NCBI GenBank assembly: GCA_009859145.1
Contig: VRVR01000022.1
Span: 20,001-268,000, forward strand
Direction: 5' to 3'
Source of the DNA: Andalucia godoyi And28
Lineage: Eukaryota; Protista; Jakobida
Length of the DNA: 248,000 nt
Below are positions 205,286 through 218,100 of the stretch, in pieces. Positions within the stretch are counted from its first letter, which is position 1. The number at the start of each line of letters is the position of its first letter. The notes under the pieces were generated by a model that was not told where the DNA came from, did not search any database, and saw nothing but the letters and a program-made list of their open reading frames with translations. The translations under genes were made by a program, and so were the position numbers.

Positions 205286-206863
205286 ATGAAAAGTCCCAGA
205301 TGTCTTCTGTTGCACGCCGTATTCATCTTGTCAGTTTCAGTGACGTTTGCAAGTCTTGTTGTTGAGCATGTTGCAGTCGTGTTTCGACATGGCGATCGGT
205401 ATGCTTCTCTCCCTTCCTCTCACGACTGTAGCATTGACACTTCTTATTCTTCTTGCATCTTTTTTTATTTTACGTGTGCATGTGCGAGTATGATCTAATG
205501 TTTTGGGTTTGTGTTTTGTTTTCTCAGTGCGCCAACAGCGTTGTTTCCTACGGATCCAGGGTATGCGGACCCATCGATTCGATGGCCTTGGGGCTTGGGG
205601 GAACTCACACCAATAGGAATGGACATGCATTACGCTGTTGGGCAGCGGATCAAGGAGCGTTACAATCTATCCACGTACAGTCCTTCTTTGATCTCGGTCC
205701 GGTCGACGGACTATCACCGAACGCTGATGTCTGCTGAGTCGGATCTGCTGGGTGTATTTTTCGAAAAGGGGCCTGTGGAGACGCTTCCTAATCGGTTTCA
205801 GCCTGTTCCAATTTCGACGGTTCCGCAAAATGAAGATGCATTGTTGCTGGGTTACTATTATGCCCAAGCGTGCCCGTATCTCTATGAAAACTACTTGGCA
205901 ACGCTGCCGACTTCTCCGCAGATGCAAGCATACAATTTGAGATGGCGACCGTTGTTTGATGTCCTGACGAACATCACGCAGGTTTACATCGATGTCGATT
206001 CGTCGTTTGTGGTTGCAGATACGTTTCAGTGCAACTTGGATCACAATTATACGCAAGCGGCAGGAGTGACGCCGGAAATCATAGCACAGACTCTCCAGTC
206101 GCAAGACGAGTGGTTCAACATCTGGTTCAATCCGGCGAATCCGGTGTTTCGACAAATGGCATCGGGTCTTCTTATTAATTCTACCCTCTCCTTTGAAGAT
206201 TCCTTTGTCAAAGTCTACAGCGCACACGACATTACGGTTGCCACGCTGCTCGCCGGTCTTGGGTTCAATGTTTCTGGCCAGCCCGCCTATGCTTCTCAGT
206301 TGTACATCGAGCGGCTTGTGGAACAAACCAGCTCGGAAAACAGTTGTCGCAGCAATTCTGGGTGCCGCAGGAATGCGCACGAGCACCGGAGTGTCCCTGC
206401 TGGTCGTGCAGATGGCAATGGATTTCGGGGCGAGTGGAAGAACCGCGGTCTTGGTGAATTCTCGCGTCAGAAGACCTCTGCTCCGACGTCATCGCCACAA
206501 AACAGATGGGTCCGTATCTTCTATGCAGATGGCTGGAACCAGTCTCCACAAGAATTGACGTTGCCTGGGTGTTCATCGTCCCCTTGCCCATACGAAACTG
206601 TCCTTTCGCTTCTCAAGCCGTACTCGGTGGGGACGATCGATGAGTTTGTGGCTCTGTGCCAGTTCCCGAATCCCCCTTCATCGTGTTCCGATTCATGTGG
206701 CTCCAAAGACGATTACAAGAATGTGTCGATTGTCGTTGGAGTCATTGGCGGAACCCTGATTATTGTGGTGATTGCGGTGGCCGTCTGGTTGAAGAAGAAG
206801 CCACAAGCTGTGAGCAAGGACACTGAATTTGGCGAGTACCGATCATCACTGCTTCGTGCTTGA
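205286..206863 (+). CDS. Lysosomal-type histidine acid phosphatase, one intron
   Basis: Signal peptide, VFRHGDR, GELT..G, RSTD..RT.MSA, YSAHD, C-terminal TM and YxxL. Confidence 0.9.
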
Positions 206864-206946
206864 AGATTTTCATCCCATTTCGTTTTTTTTCACACCTTTC
206901 ATTGTATATTTTCTGGTTATGCTTTTTTCCCTTCCCACCGGCGTGC

Positions 206947-206991
<45 letters not shown>

Positions 206992-207182
206992 GTGTGTGTG
207001 TGAGAGAGAGAGAGAGAGCACTTCCTTAAATTCCCTAGATATCCGCCCACATGGAAGTGGCATAAATATTTCAGAGTTGCGCTGTTCAGAGCATGGAACA
207101 TGATTGTATGCTTTTAAAGATCATAACGGCGTTGCACAAACCGAAAAAGGAAGACTTGCACATTACTGGTGTTTTCTGCTTC

Positions 207183-207431
207183 CTACTGCTTCTCCAGCTT
207201 CTCGATCTTTTGCAACTCTTCATCAACCATCTTTCGAATCCCCTTTTTCTCCATGGAGGTTACCATGCAGTCACGGAACGCCTGAAACTCGGATTCGCAT
207301 TCCGGGGTAAACTGCCCTTTCAGAAATTTTGTACTGTACCAACTCTGGAAACACTCTGTATAATCTTTCTTCTCACGAGCACACGGCGCAGATATGCTTT
207401 CATCTGCCTCCGTTTTTTTCTCGGTCGTCAT
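207183..207431 (-). CDS. TRIAP1: Mdm35/TRIAP1 twin CX9C protein
   Basis: SISAPC...K..Y..CF..WYSTKFLKG..C..F.AF..C. Confidence 0.88.
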   Translation of the reverse strand: MTTEKKTEADESISAPCAREKKDYTECFQSWYSTKFLKGQFTPECESEFQAFRDCMVTSMEKKGIRKMVDEELQKIEKLEKQ

Positions 207432-207605
207432 GGGAATGCAGCAGCAGCTCAACAATGACAGAACGGTACGGTTTGCTTTTTCGGAATCAAACGACAAAAC
207501 AAAAACAACAGCTTCTCGTGACGATGATCGGCGAGCATGCGAAGCATCATTTGCGGTGGAGGAAGAAAGACTGTAGTATTGAGAGAAATACAGCAGGAAA
207601 CGATC

Positions 207606-207912
207606 CATCTGGTGGTGTAACTGACGAGCTCGGCGTCAGTGTAGGCACTAGGCTGCACACGGAGATCGGTAGTCTGGCGTTGGGAGGCCCGCTTCTTGGT
207701 GGATCGACGAGACCCGTTTCGCTTTCTCGATCTCGACGGGTTGCCCCGACGGGCCTTTTTTGCTCGATGCCCTCCATGCTGGAAGTGTGGTGCGATCCAG
207801 TTTCGGACGCATCTCCTCCGTCCCGAGGCGGCCCAGCGTCGCAGGATGGCGTCACGCACGTCAGGATTCCATGTGGCAAGACATAGAACAATGCGTCACA
207901 TACAAAATAAAC
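207606..207912 (-). mobile_element. Family D relic copy 2 (5' part only)
   Basis: Clear homology to 103320-103680. Confidence 0.6.
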
Positions 207913-208110
207913 ACAGGAGATGTTTGTCAGCATGACAATCAATTTACCTTTATTTTCTGCAGACAGTGATGTATGGCGACGCTCATATTCGTCCCTACGA
208001 CCCGCTGTGCCGCCAGCTGATTAGGATGTTGTACGAGGGCAAAGTGAACCGGCGAATGACCATCAACGGGGAGGGTTCGTTGGCGTTAACAATTTCCTTT
208101 ATGAAGTTCA

Positions 208111-209122
208111 TCAGTCATGGCTCGGTGCATTGTACGTGATGAACAGGCCGTTGAAAACAGGTCGAGCACCACTTCCTGGGTTCGAAACGATGCCCTCTCC
208201 TTTGATCCAAAGCGTGGATGAGCCTCCCTGGTCCATTTCCATAGCAAGCTTGGCTCCGATGTGGTCCTTCATGAACATTGCCATCTTGTGTGCGGCGATA
208301 CCGCAAGTTGTGTCGTCATTCTTGCATCCGTCATGACCATCCGCAACCGCCATCACAACCCGGATATCGCTGCGGTCGTCTGCGTCCCACAAGAGACCAA
208401 CTGCGGTATTGGATGAGTGTTCCCAGATGTTCACATTATGATCCTCGATTGGGATATCCACGAATGGCTTTCCGCTGTTGTCCAGCGAAACCAAGTTTGG
208501 ACCTGCTCCGATCGCAAACTCGGTTTCTGCGGGAGCTTTTCCAGCACGGTCCAACACGACAACTGAAGTTTGGGAAACAGAAGTCTGGTTAATCAGCAGG
208601 ACAGCCGGTCTCGCATATCCTAAGCAATCGCAGTTCGACGAAAAAACCTTTCCTCCAATGATCGTTAATCCGTCTCCAACACCGTAGTTGGGATGGGCAA
208701 GGGTCGCTGGCTCGAGAGCTTCTTCTTTGCTCTTGAAGAAGCAAACATCGTCGAAAAAGTCTGGCTTGTCGACTCGCCAGAAGTATCCTCCGTTGACGCC
208801 CGCAAGCGCATTTAGAACTTGTGTGCTCGCCATCGCGTCGACGGGCTGTAAGTGGAGCGAGGGATCCGCTACTCCAGGAACTAATTTGATTCCAGGAGCA
208901 GAAAGAGATGCAGAAACCGTATTGAACACCATGGGACCGACCTTACCATACGGCGTCGATCCCGTGCAGTTGACTCGAGTCCACACCACAGACGGCGCAA
209001 TTGCTTGTGATTTCACTGTATCGCAGTTCCACTCGGAATCCGCAGCATAGGAAACGTTTGCGCCGAAACAGCAGCACAACAAAAGGCCCAGCAATCCGTG
209101 AACAATCATCATCATCATCATC

Positions 209123-209124
<2 letters not shown>
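208111..209124 (-). CDS. NAGPA-like phosphodiester glycosidase
   Basis: AGVNGGYF, IGAGPNL, TAVG, A.EMDQGGSSTL. Confidence 0.85.
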
Positions 209125-209171
<47 letters not shown>

Positions 209172-209668
209172 TAGCAATAGTACGTGCGCTACTGGATACT
209201 AGAGAGAGTCAGCTCTCCCCACTACTTACGTATTAGATCTGTTCGGTTTTATGACCATCGTGGCGGGTTTTTTAAATAAACCGCTACGAGCGTTTTTACG
209301 CAGAGGCGTGTTGTCAAGTGCGAACTGTGGGTTTCACGATGGAGACATTTTCGAGGACGAATTCAAGGATGCATTGTTACACCGTAATCATCAACAAAAT
209401 TAAGTGCATGTATGATTTATTTAAACAAACCATAAAACAGATGCAGGCATTAGACTAAATGCCAAAAACGTGGACACACGCATGCCACACAACTGATTGA
209501 ACATTGGTCAGAAAACCAACAGCGAAAACGGCAGCGGTATGAAAACGTTGAGAAAGAATGGTGGTGGGTGGGACAATTAAAAAGAGCACATGTCCGTAGT
209601 TGTCATTTTTGCAGTGGGGCCTGGGAAGACAATGGATGGGTGCGATGTTGGATCTTTCAACTCTGTTG

Positions 209669-210406
209669 TCAAGCTTTGGGATCCCGCTGAGGACGCATAG
209701 TAACTTCTACTGGACACACATTGTCAGGCAAGCTAATGCAGCTCAGACACTGCTGAGCAACATCGCTGGGCTGTATCATTTTTGCCTTCTGCAGGCCCTT
209801 GATATCGCTCACAAGATCCGTGTTGACGTATCCAGGATGAATCACACACACTTTGACTCCGTGTTCACGGACGTCTTCAAACACGCAACCTGCAAATCCC
209901 CGAATACCGAACTTGGAGGCACAATATGCTGCAGATCCCTTCATTGAGATTAGCGCAGCGACGGACCCAATAAACAGCACAGTCTTATGTTTGGACTTTG
210001 AAGCGAGTATGGCAGGGAGACACATTCTTGTCAGAGCCATTGGTGCTCGCAGATTCACTTCAATCACTCGGTCCCAGTCATTCAAATCAGCCTCGTCCGC
210101 GCCTCCGGATGCCCCCACTCCTGCGTCATTAACGAGAATCGAGATCATTCCAAAGTTGGAAACAATGCAATCCACTGTCTTTTGAAGGTCTTCACGTTTT
210201 GACACATCGCAGCAGTACACACCCGTCTTGATTGCGCTGTTGGCCTCCTTGCACATTCCCTCCGTCCGTTCGAGATCTTCCTTTGTTCGCGCTAGCAAAG
210301 CGACATTGCACCCTTGTTTTGCGAGCGCCACAGCGATGGATCGCCCGATGCCACGAGACGCCCCGGTCACAACGGCCACTTCATTTTTCAGTTCCTGGAT
210401 CGTCAT
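209669..210406 (-). CDS. Short-chain dehydrogenase/reductase
   Basis: TGASRGIG, NDAG, YCASK, PG.VNT. Confidence 0.9.
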   Translation of the reverse strand: MTIQELKNEVAVVTGASRGIGRSIAVALAKQGCNVALLARTKEDLERTEGMCKEANSAIKTGVYCCDVSKREDLQKTVDCIVSNFGMISILVNDAGVGASGGADEADLNDWDRVIEVNLRAPMALTRMCLPAILASKSKHKTVLFIGSVAALISMKGSAAYCASKFGIRGFAGCVFEDVREHGVKVCVIHPGYVNTDLVSDIKGLQKAKMIQPSDVAQQCLSCISLPDNVCPVEVTMRPQRDPKA

Positions 210407-210978
210407 CGCTCCAAGCTTGCGTCGTAAAAAATACTTGAACTATGCGGGGACAGCGTACAGAAGAAAAAGGGGGGACGCGAGTTTTTATAATATAAAAATA
210501 TGGGAAACGCTTTCTTTTTTAATTGGATGTGTGTGATGATGAACACACTTTTTTTTTTGGCGCAGGGACTTCGATTGTCAAGTCCTGGAACAGCCCAGAC
210601 TCAGACAGAAAGAGATGCACATGGCGCATTGTGTGTTTTCCCTTTGTGAAGATAATCCACGCACAAGTTGCGAGGACGGTCCGACATCCATCGAACTGCG
210701 CGCATCAGCAAACCCGCATCTCGTTTCCTAAATATTTCCCCAACTCGTTATCCGCACAGCCAACCCTACCTCTCCCTCCTCCCCTCCTCCTCCTCTTCTC
210801 TACGCGCCAAGAAATGTCAAGTCAAAGCTTAGTACACATTGCATGCGAAACTGGGAGCAGAATCTCCCACTTTGCTCTCCGAATCCCTTAACAACAGTGT
210901 CCCGTCAATCCGCAACAAACTGAACACCTTGCGTCGTCATGATGCTGGTGATTTACGATACGCCATGGTACATTTCGT

Positions 210979-213021
210979 TCACTTGCCAAACGTGTCGAGC
211001 CGCGCAGAGGTGAGCTCGTGCGAATAGGAACCAAACATGCGATCTTCTTTCGTCGCAGTTGTCTTGGTAACGACCTCTCCCGTTGTTCTTGCTTCTATGT
211101 TCGTGCTCCAGTAGTCTCTATCCTTCACCACAACATCCGATTCTGTGGTGATGTCGGTGAGATCAACTGGGCCAACGGACACTGCATGGTCATGCGGACC
211201 AGCTCCGGCGAAAATGTCCACCAACTTGCTGAAGAACCCGCGCTTCACGTCGTGAGCAGGAGAGCCAGGTGCAGACGACGGAACGCGGTCGGGAAGAATG
211301 GAATCAGCTGTCTCCAACGCGTACTCCTTTGCCTGACCTGCCTTGTCTTTCACGGCTTCGCCGACCCTTTCGGACTGATTCTTAGTTGCTTCCCATCCGC
211401 GCTTCGCAGACTCCGTTGTTAATCCAACTGCAGCCTTTGCCGTGTCCTTGATGGTATCTGCAGCAGCAACAGTCTTGTCCCGAATGCCGGCAGCAACATT
211501 GGAGGCAGCATCCTTGACTTTCTCGAGCGAATCGCTCACCGCTTCTTTCACGGTTTCCTTTGCCTGGCCAGCCTTGTCACGGACGGCTCCTGCAGCGTCC
211601 TCTGCGACTTCCTTCGTTTCATCCCAAGTCTTCTCAGTCTTCTGCTTGCCCAAACGAAGTGCGTCTTTCACATCATCCTTCACAGACTCCGTAAGCGGCT
211701 TGGACGACGGAATGCCTGGTTCTCGATCGCCGACGGTCCTGTACGTGGGACCCCCGGCTCCGTAGGAGCTCGACGGAATCTCCACACCTTCAACGAACTG
211801 CTTTGTGCCAACCTTGTTTGCGCTACCCACCGGGGCCGGGGGCCCTTGGATTCCTTGCTTGCGATATTGCGAACGCTCATGGTTTTCCTTCAGGAAGTCA
211901 CGCGGCTTCCAGTAATCATCCACTGGAACACCGCGTTTGAATTCAGAGGTGTTCGTTTCCGTAGGAACTGCAGTGCTATGAACCTTTGACGTCAAGTCTT
212001 CGGGTTTGGCGGACGCACCCAAGTCGCGCAGGTACTGGTCGGAGCCTCGATAGTTGTCCGACGACTTCTTTTCCTGGCTGCTGCTGCCAAACAACCGGTT
212101 CTCTGAGTCTTTGGGAGTCTCCGGCCGTGCAGCTCCAAGAGCTTCCTCGACTTTCTGCACCCCATGCTGAACAGTGTCTTTAGTCTTGTCCCACACGTCC
212201 TGAACCTTTTCCTTGGCGGTGTCAATCGCGCCTCGGACTTGTTCTCGACCGTGCTCAACGGTCGCCTCTGCACGGTTCCACGCGGTGTCATCTTTGGGAG
212301 AAAGGACTTCTCTGGCTCGTGTAGCAGCATCGGTTGCCTTCTCTTTAGCGGTGTCAAAAGCGTCACGCGTGGTCCGTCGTGATTCGATGGCAGCGTTAGA
212401 CAGACGGTCCTTTGCGTAGTCAATGCCGGAATTCACAGAAGCACGAGCATTCTCCGTCCCAGCGGCAATATTCTCCTTGGCTTCGTCGTATTGTCTTCCA
212501 ATGACACGTTCTCCCGTTCCAGAAAGATTCTCCTTGGCATTGTGGATGCCTTGCTTCACACTGTCCTTGATATTTTGCCACTGGGAATCTAAAGGATGGG
212601 ACTGCGGGTTCGAATCTCGAAATTCGCGCGCTTCCCTGCGCAACTGCTCCCGACCTTCCTCTCCCTTTTCTGCGATCAAGAGGGTTTCTCTCTCTGCTTC
212701 ATGCGCAGCACGCTGGACAAGTTTGGCGCCAAGCTCATCCTCCCCCTGTTTCATGTGGTAAACACCCTTGGCGGCCAGTTCCTTTGCCGGGGATGGGTTG
212801 GGACGGTCGTCCTTCAGCAGGATGGTCTGTGCGGCCTCCTGGAGCTTCGATGCACCTCGGATTTCCCGACCTCCCTGTACGTCTGCAACGGCTTGAGCGG
212901 CCTTTTTCTGCGTGTCTGGCAGGTCTTCGTCGATACGCTTCGTATAATCGCCAACCGGCCGTGGATCAATGTAATGCTTGAATGGGTCGTTTGATGGCTC
213001 CGGTTTAACAGAATCTCTCAT
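210979..213021 (-). CDS. LEA-like hydrophilic protein
   Basis: Repeated 11-mer-like AKEKA.DA..AKE, DKAGQAKE units. Confidence 0.65.
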   Translation of the reverse strand: MRDSVKPEPSNDPFKHYIDPRPVGDYTKRIDEDLPDTQKKAAQAVADVQGGREIRGASKLQEAAQTILLKDDRPNPSPAKELAAKGVYHMKQGEDELGAKLVQRAAHEAERETLLIAEKGEEGREQLRREAREFRDSNPQSHPLDSQWQNIKDSVKQGIHNAKENLSGTGERVIGRQYDEAKENIAAGTENARASVNSGIDYAKDRLSNAAIESRRTTRDAFDTAKEKATDAATRAREVLSPKDDTAWNRAEATVEHGREQVRGAIDTAKEKVQDVWDKTKDTVQHGVQKVEEALGAARPETPKDSENRLFGSSSQEKKSSDNYRGSDQYLRDLGASAKPEDLTSKVHSTAVPTETNTSEFKRGVPVDDYWKPRDFLKENHERSQYRKQGIQGPPAPVGSANKVGTKQFVEGVEIPSSSYGAGGPTYRTVGDREPGIPSSKPLTESVKDDVKDALRLGKQKTEKTWDETKEVAEDAAGAVRDKAGQAKETVKEAVSDSLEKVKDAASNVAAGIRDKTVAAADTIKDTAKAAVGLTTESAKRGWEATKNQSERVGEAVKDKAGQAKEYALETADSILPDRVPSSAPGSPAHDVKRGFFSKLVDIFAGAGPHDHAVSVGPVDLTDITTESDVVVKDRDYWSTNIEARTTGEVVTKTTATKEDRMFGSYSHELTSARLDTFGK

Positions 213022-213305
213022 TTTGCTACTCCTGATAGTCGTTGTTGATTCGATGAAAACGATTGAGGGAGGAATATATAAAATAAAATGAAAATGAAAA
213101 TGAAAAGGAAGAAAGAGGAAAATGAAGCGAGAACGTGAAAATAAGTGTCTACTAAAGATAAAAAACATAAAAGACGTGTTCAGAGAACACGACAACGACG
213201 ATATTGTGGATGTTCAACAAACGAAACTGGAACACTAGCGCGAACTTCGACAAGACCAACATCGCAGGCAAGCATTCGCAAGGTGAAATACCCCAACAAC
213301 AAACG

Positions 213306-214711
213306 TTAGATGTTCGAGTGAACTGCGGGTGCTGGTTCGTTGCGACGTATCCATAGGAATGCATCTGCGTCGATGGTTTTGCGCGGCTGCGGCAACTCGA
213401 CCTTCATGATCTTGCCCGCGTCATTCTCACTGATCCTGGTCATTTCAGACAGCCTGGCGGCAAGGACTGTTCCGTCACTCGAGCCGGCGACAACGACTGG
213501 GTCGGTGGTGGTCCTCGATCGCACGCAGGGATCCACATCACAGGACAAGCACCGTCCCTGCTTGGCGAGGAAGCCGTGTTCAAACTCGAAGTCGATGGTC
213601 GACCTTGCAACGGACCAAATTCGAACGAGGCCGTCGGCCCCTGTCGTCGTCAGCAAGTGTGGGAAGCTTGTCATTGCACACAGCGAAGACACCGCGCCCT
213701 CATGGCACACCCGATAAGCTAAGGGACGTGACGCATTTCGAGTGTCCCACAAGAACAGATGGCCGGCTTGGGACCCGGATGCGAGCAAATGATCCTACGA
213801 GACATTGAGAGGGAAATAGTGCGTGCGCGCGTGTGTGTGACAGACAGAGAGAGAGAGAGAGAGAGAGAGTGGGAGTGGGAGTGAGTATTCATAAAGACTG
213901 CGAGCAAGCAAGATGCGAATCAGAGGCGGGAAATAGAGACAATATTCATACGGAATCCGTGATCCATTCAAGGGTGGACAGTGGAAAAGAAGAAGAGGAG
214001 TCCACAAGCGTTGCGACGGATCGAGCAGATTGTCGGACATCCCAAATCTTGACCAGTCCGTCCAATGATGCCGATCCGAAGACACATCCCTTGTTTACAT
214101 TCCATCGCGATTTCACTACAGATCGAGAATGCTCAGCAAACTGTCCAGACAGCTCGCAGCTCGCAGGGGACACGCGCCATATGAAACTTCGTCCGGACTC
214201 TGAGGACGTAAGCAGCAATTCCGAGTCGATTTCAGAAACGGATACACTCAGAACAGCAGAACCATCCGTTCGTTTCTGAAAGATCTTTTGATTTCTGGAT
214301 ACGTTCCACAAACCCAGAACTGCAAGCACAGGCAAGCACAAGAAATCATCAAAAACAGCCGAACCCAAACCAAAAACAATAAAAACATAACAAACGAACC
214401 AAATAAAAACAAAAAAACCAATTAATAAAGGTTCAAGAAACATGCTGAACGGGAGAAAAACTCATACGCGAATTATGAGAAGCCGTGAAGAGCAGCTCAT
214501 GGTTGCTCGGGTGCCAATCTACTTCCCATGTTGCAGACTCCACCGAAATCCCTCCAATGTTTGATATTGCATCTTGCCCAACGTGGAAAATGGAGACTGA
214601 ACCGGAGTGTCGCCAGGATTCATGGTCGAAACCGGCCACCGCAAAGCAATCGTTGTGAAACCGTGAGAACCGCAAGTATTGCGCACCCTGCGGAATGGAA
214701 GTTTTCAACAT
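213306..214711 (-). CDS. PEX7-like WD40 protein, multi-exon
   Basis: FSRFH..AVA..GSVSIF; EH..V..SRW..FGSASLDGLVKIWD; LASGS..LFLWD. Confidence 0.55.
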
Positions 214712-215115
214712 TGCAGCATTGTGTTTGTACGTCGTGACACTGCAAGGGTCGTCGTCGTCTTCTTCTCCTCAATGTCAAATTGGGATGCAGACGTGGTGAC
214801 GAATACACTGTCCAGCATTTTTTCTATGGTCTTTTTGACTCAAAGAAGTTGTCTTTGAGGCATTCCAGCGAAGCAACAACAGCAGGCACGCAGCACGCAG
214901 CACGCAGCACGCAACGTCCGTTTCAGCATGAAGACCACCGAGAAGCCGTGTTAATAATGCACAAATAGCCCGTCGTTTTATTATTATTATTATTACTATT
215001 ATTATTATTGACGAATCTTTTCAGCATCCGCATCCGCATCCGCATACAAGAAAGAAAGAAGCTCGGGGCTAGAGACAGAGAGACTGGGAGAGAGTGAACG
215101 TTGTCGAAACGGATC

Positions 215116-218100
215116 TCACATTGCAATAACCAGTTGCTGCATTCTTTCCATCTCGCAAGCAGTATCGAGCAGCAGAAAGTCAAAGATTTCGTCCACAAGA
215201 GATCCGACAATTTGCTCTTCATCTGAACTGAACTTGCTCCACTCCTCATTTCGATTCCTCAATTCGTCAAACACAGAGCGCTCTACATCCGTAATCTCCG
215301 AAATCCGAAGGCTGTTTTTCCACGACAAGACAAGCTTCTCAACATAATCCCTGCAGTTTTCCTTCCAATGGGATCGAGAGCTGAACCGTAGACGCGCGGA
215401 CAACCCACGGAGAGCGAGCGGGATGGGAACGCCTTCCGGCATGCGTCCTTGGAAAAACGACGCAAAGCACAACACGGCCTGTTGGCAAGCATCAAATAAG
215501 CCCTTTTGGAAAATTTGCAGAGGCTCTGGGACATTAGTGGTCGTCGCCATCCGAAGGAATATGGGAAGAGGAATGATCCAGTCGCTTGCCATGGGATCTG
215601 ACACCTGCTTCAAGTATTCGTCCATCACACTCTTCACATACCCGCGAACCATTGCATCGGTTGGCACAACAGACGCATCAGTCAGTTTCTGAGGCGCAGT
215701 CTCCGCATTGACGGCAATCTTGGAAGCAGTAGATGTACTTGCAGAAGCAGGAGACGTAGTCGATGCTGTTGTAGTACTCGATGGCCGAGGTCTTCTTCCG
215801 ACGTTCGAGAAGTCGTAAAGATCCTCGTCGAGTTCATCAAGATCGGTGCTCGTGATGTGGTCCGTTCGTCGATGCTGGCCACGTCTGGCAGCTGACACGC
215901 TAGACGTTGGTGGTAAATGTGGCCTATCCGGCTTCTCATTCAGAGCCAACACCAAAAGCTCGGACAAAATCTCATCGGTCAGGTTTTCGATCGTCTGCGA
216001 TGTGACAACAATCCTTTTGTTTTCCGAGAGTGCAGAGAGGACCTCTTGAGGAACAGCGGAATCAACATCGTCAACGTCGTGTTCGACAACAGACGAGACG
216101 GACAAATTATCGTCGGAATCTTCTCCAGAATGGGACGCATCTTCCTCCGCGATCAGCTGTGCGAGGATTTCTTCCAAGAGCTCGTCCGCGACCAATTCGA
216201 TGCTTTCCACGATCTCTTCTCTGTCGATGCCTCCTTCTTCAGAAAATTCCTCCTCCTCCTCCTCCTCCTCTTCGACCTCGTTCAATTTCACTTCCACACT
216301 CGACATCATATCGATCATTGAAGCAACTGGCACAGTGACCTTGTCAATGTCAGAAGGCGATTCCAAAGCGGCTTCTTGTGACACAGCTATTTCATCTACA
216401 AAGCTTGCTGACGACAGACCCTTCTTCGCGTCCGATCCAAGAGGAGTTGCCGCAGCCACGCCACTGTCCGAAGAACCAGACAGCGATTCATACGACGTAG
216501 AAATCGGAGGCACATCTTTTCGGAATGATTGCAAAAATTCGGCACTCTGGCCCAGATCAATCATCTTCGAAGGCAGTGTCTCGTCGGGTGCCGGTTGAGC
216601 AGAAATTTCAAGCAGGACTTGGTTGATGAGGCCATCGATTACCGAATCCAGAACCTGGTCCACAGCTTCGGAGCTGTTCTTGGCCTTAGTTTTCTCCTCG
216701 AATGACGACAGAGCAGAAGCCAGCGCGAAAGGAGCTTCGGGCATCGCTTGCGATTCCGAAACGCCAATGGAGTCCATCTTGGAATGCTGGACGGTTGCAA
216801 AGGCCGACTCGCTGGTGGGAGACTCATTCAAGCTTGCGTCATCAAGACTCTCTGAAAGAGGAGTGTAACCGTTCTCTTCTTCATCAATCATCTCCACAAT
216901 GTCCTCCTCAACCGATGATTCAATAACCACGGGCAGTTTCACGCTTGCCACCGAATGCGTTTCCAGCTCCTCCGAGCGACCCGCTGGAAGCAACAAAGGA
217001 GACGCGACACTCTTGTTCACTCCACTGAGGTCCGCGCTGTCATGAGTGCTCAGTGTCTCAAAAGATTCGGAATATGCCTCTGAACCGACGCTCTCGGTAA
217101 GGCTTGGAATCTGATCTCTTTGCACTGCGTTTTCCGGCGACCGAACAGCAGCATCCTTCGGTGCAGGATGTCCGACGTCCGAAAAGGTCTCAAAATCATC
217201 GCTGAATTGCTCATCTTCAACAGCATCAACGATATCCTCATCGATGGGCACTTCGACCACTGTGTCGATATTCGCAGCAGGAACCCCGCCAACGGCACCA
217301 GAAACAGCTTCCAGCGTCAGATCCTGCGATGACGTTTCATTCCGCTGCGCCTCCTGCTTGTCCCCGATGACCCGCTCGGAATCAACGACAGGAACTGCAA
217401 CGAGCGATGCCTTTTGTGATTTGGGCGATTCTGCGGTCATCAGCAAGTTTGGAGCGTCCGTTTCCTCGTCCGAAAATCCAATTGCTTCCACATCGTCATC
217501 TACTGTAACATCCTCCTCCTCCTCCTGCTGCTGCTGTTGCTGTTGTTTTTCCGCGTTCAAACGGAATGGAAGATCTTCACTCATTTGGGTCTCAGGTACT
217601 GTATCGAAATGTTGCCTGTCGATGGGTGAGTTCTCAATTGCATGATCTAGTTCTTCAAGCACTGGGGCTTCGTCCATGCTGTCAGACACGACAGACAGCG
217701 ATTGGGAATTGTGGACACCCTTCTCCGAAGAAAACGACTCAAAAGACTCCGAGTATGCGCCAGTGCTATCCACAGATTGTTTCCCCACGGAACTATAAAG
217801 AGAAACGTCGCTTCCTAAAGAATAAGGAGCGGAAACGCTATTTGATTGATCTGCATTTCTCTCTGCAAGCTCGACTTCAGCAGCAGGCAAAGAAATTGCT
217901 TCCGTCTCATCCGCGATTTCCGGAGAAGATGTGGAAGTCCCGACAAAAGACGACACGTCTTCGACATCTTCGGCAACACGATCGACAGCAACAGGAGCAG
218001 CAGCAACAGGATATTTCGACGACAGAGGAGAGACACCCTCATGGGCTTTTGCGAACGTTTCCGAAGGTTGGGCTGCAACAGAGGGCTCATCAGGAACATG

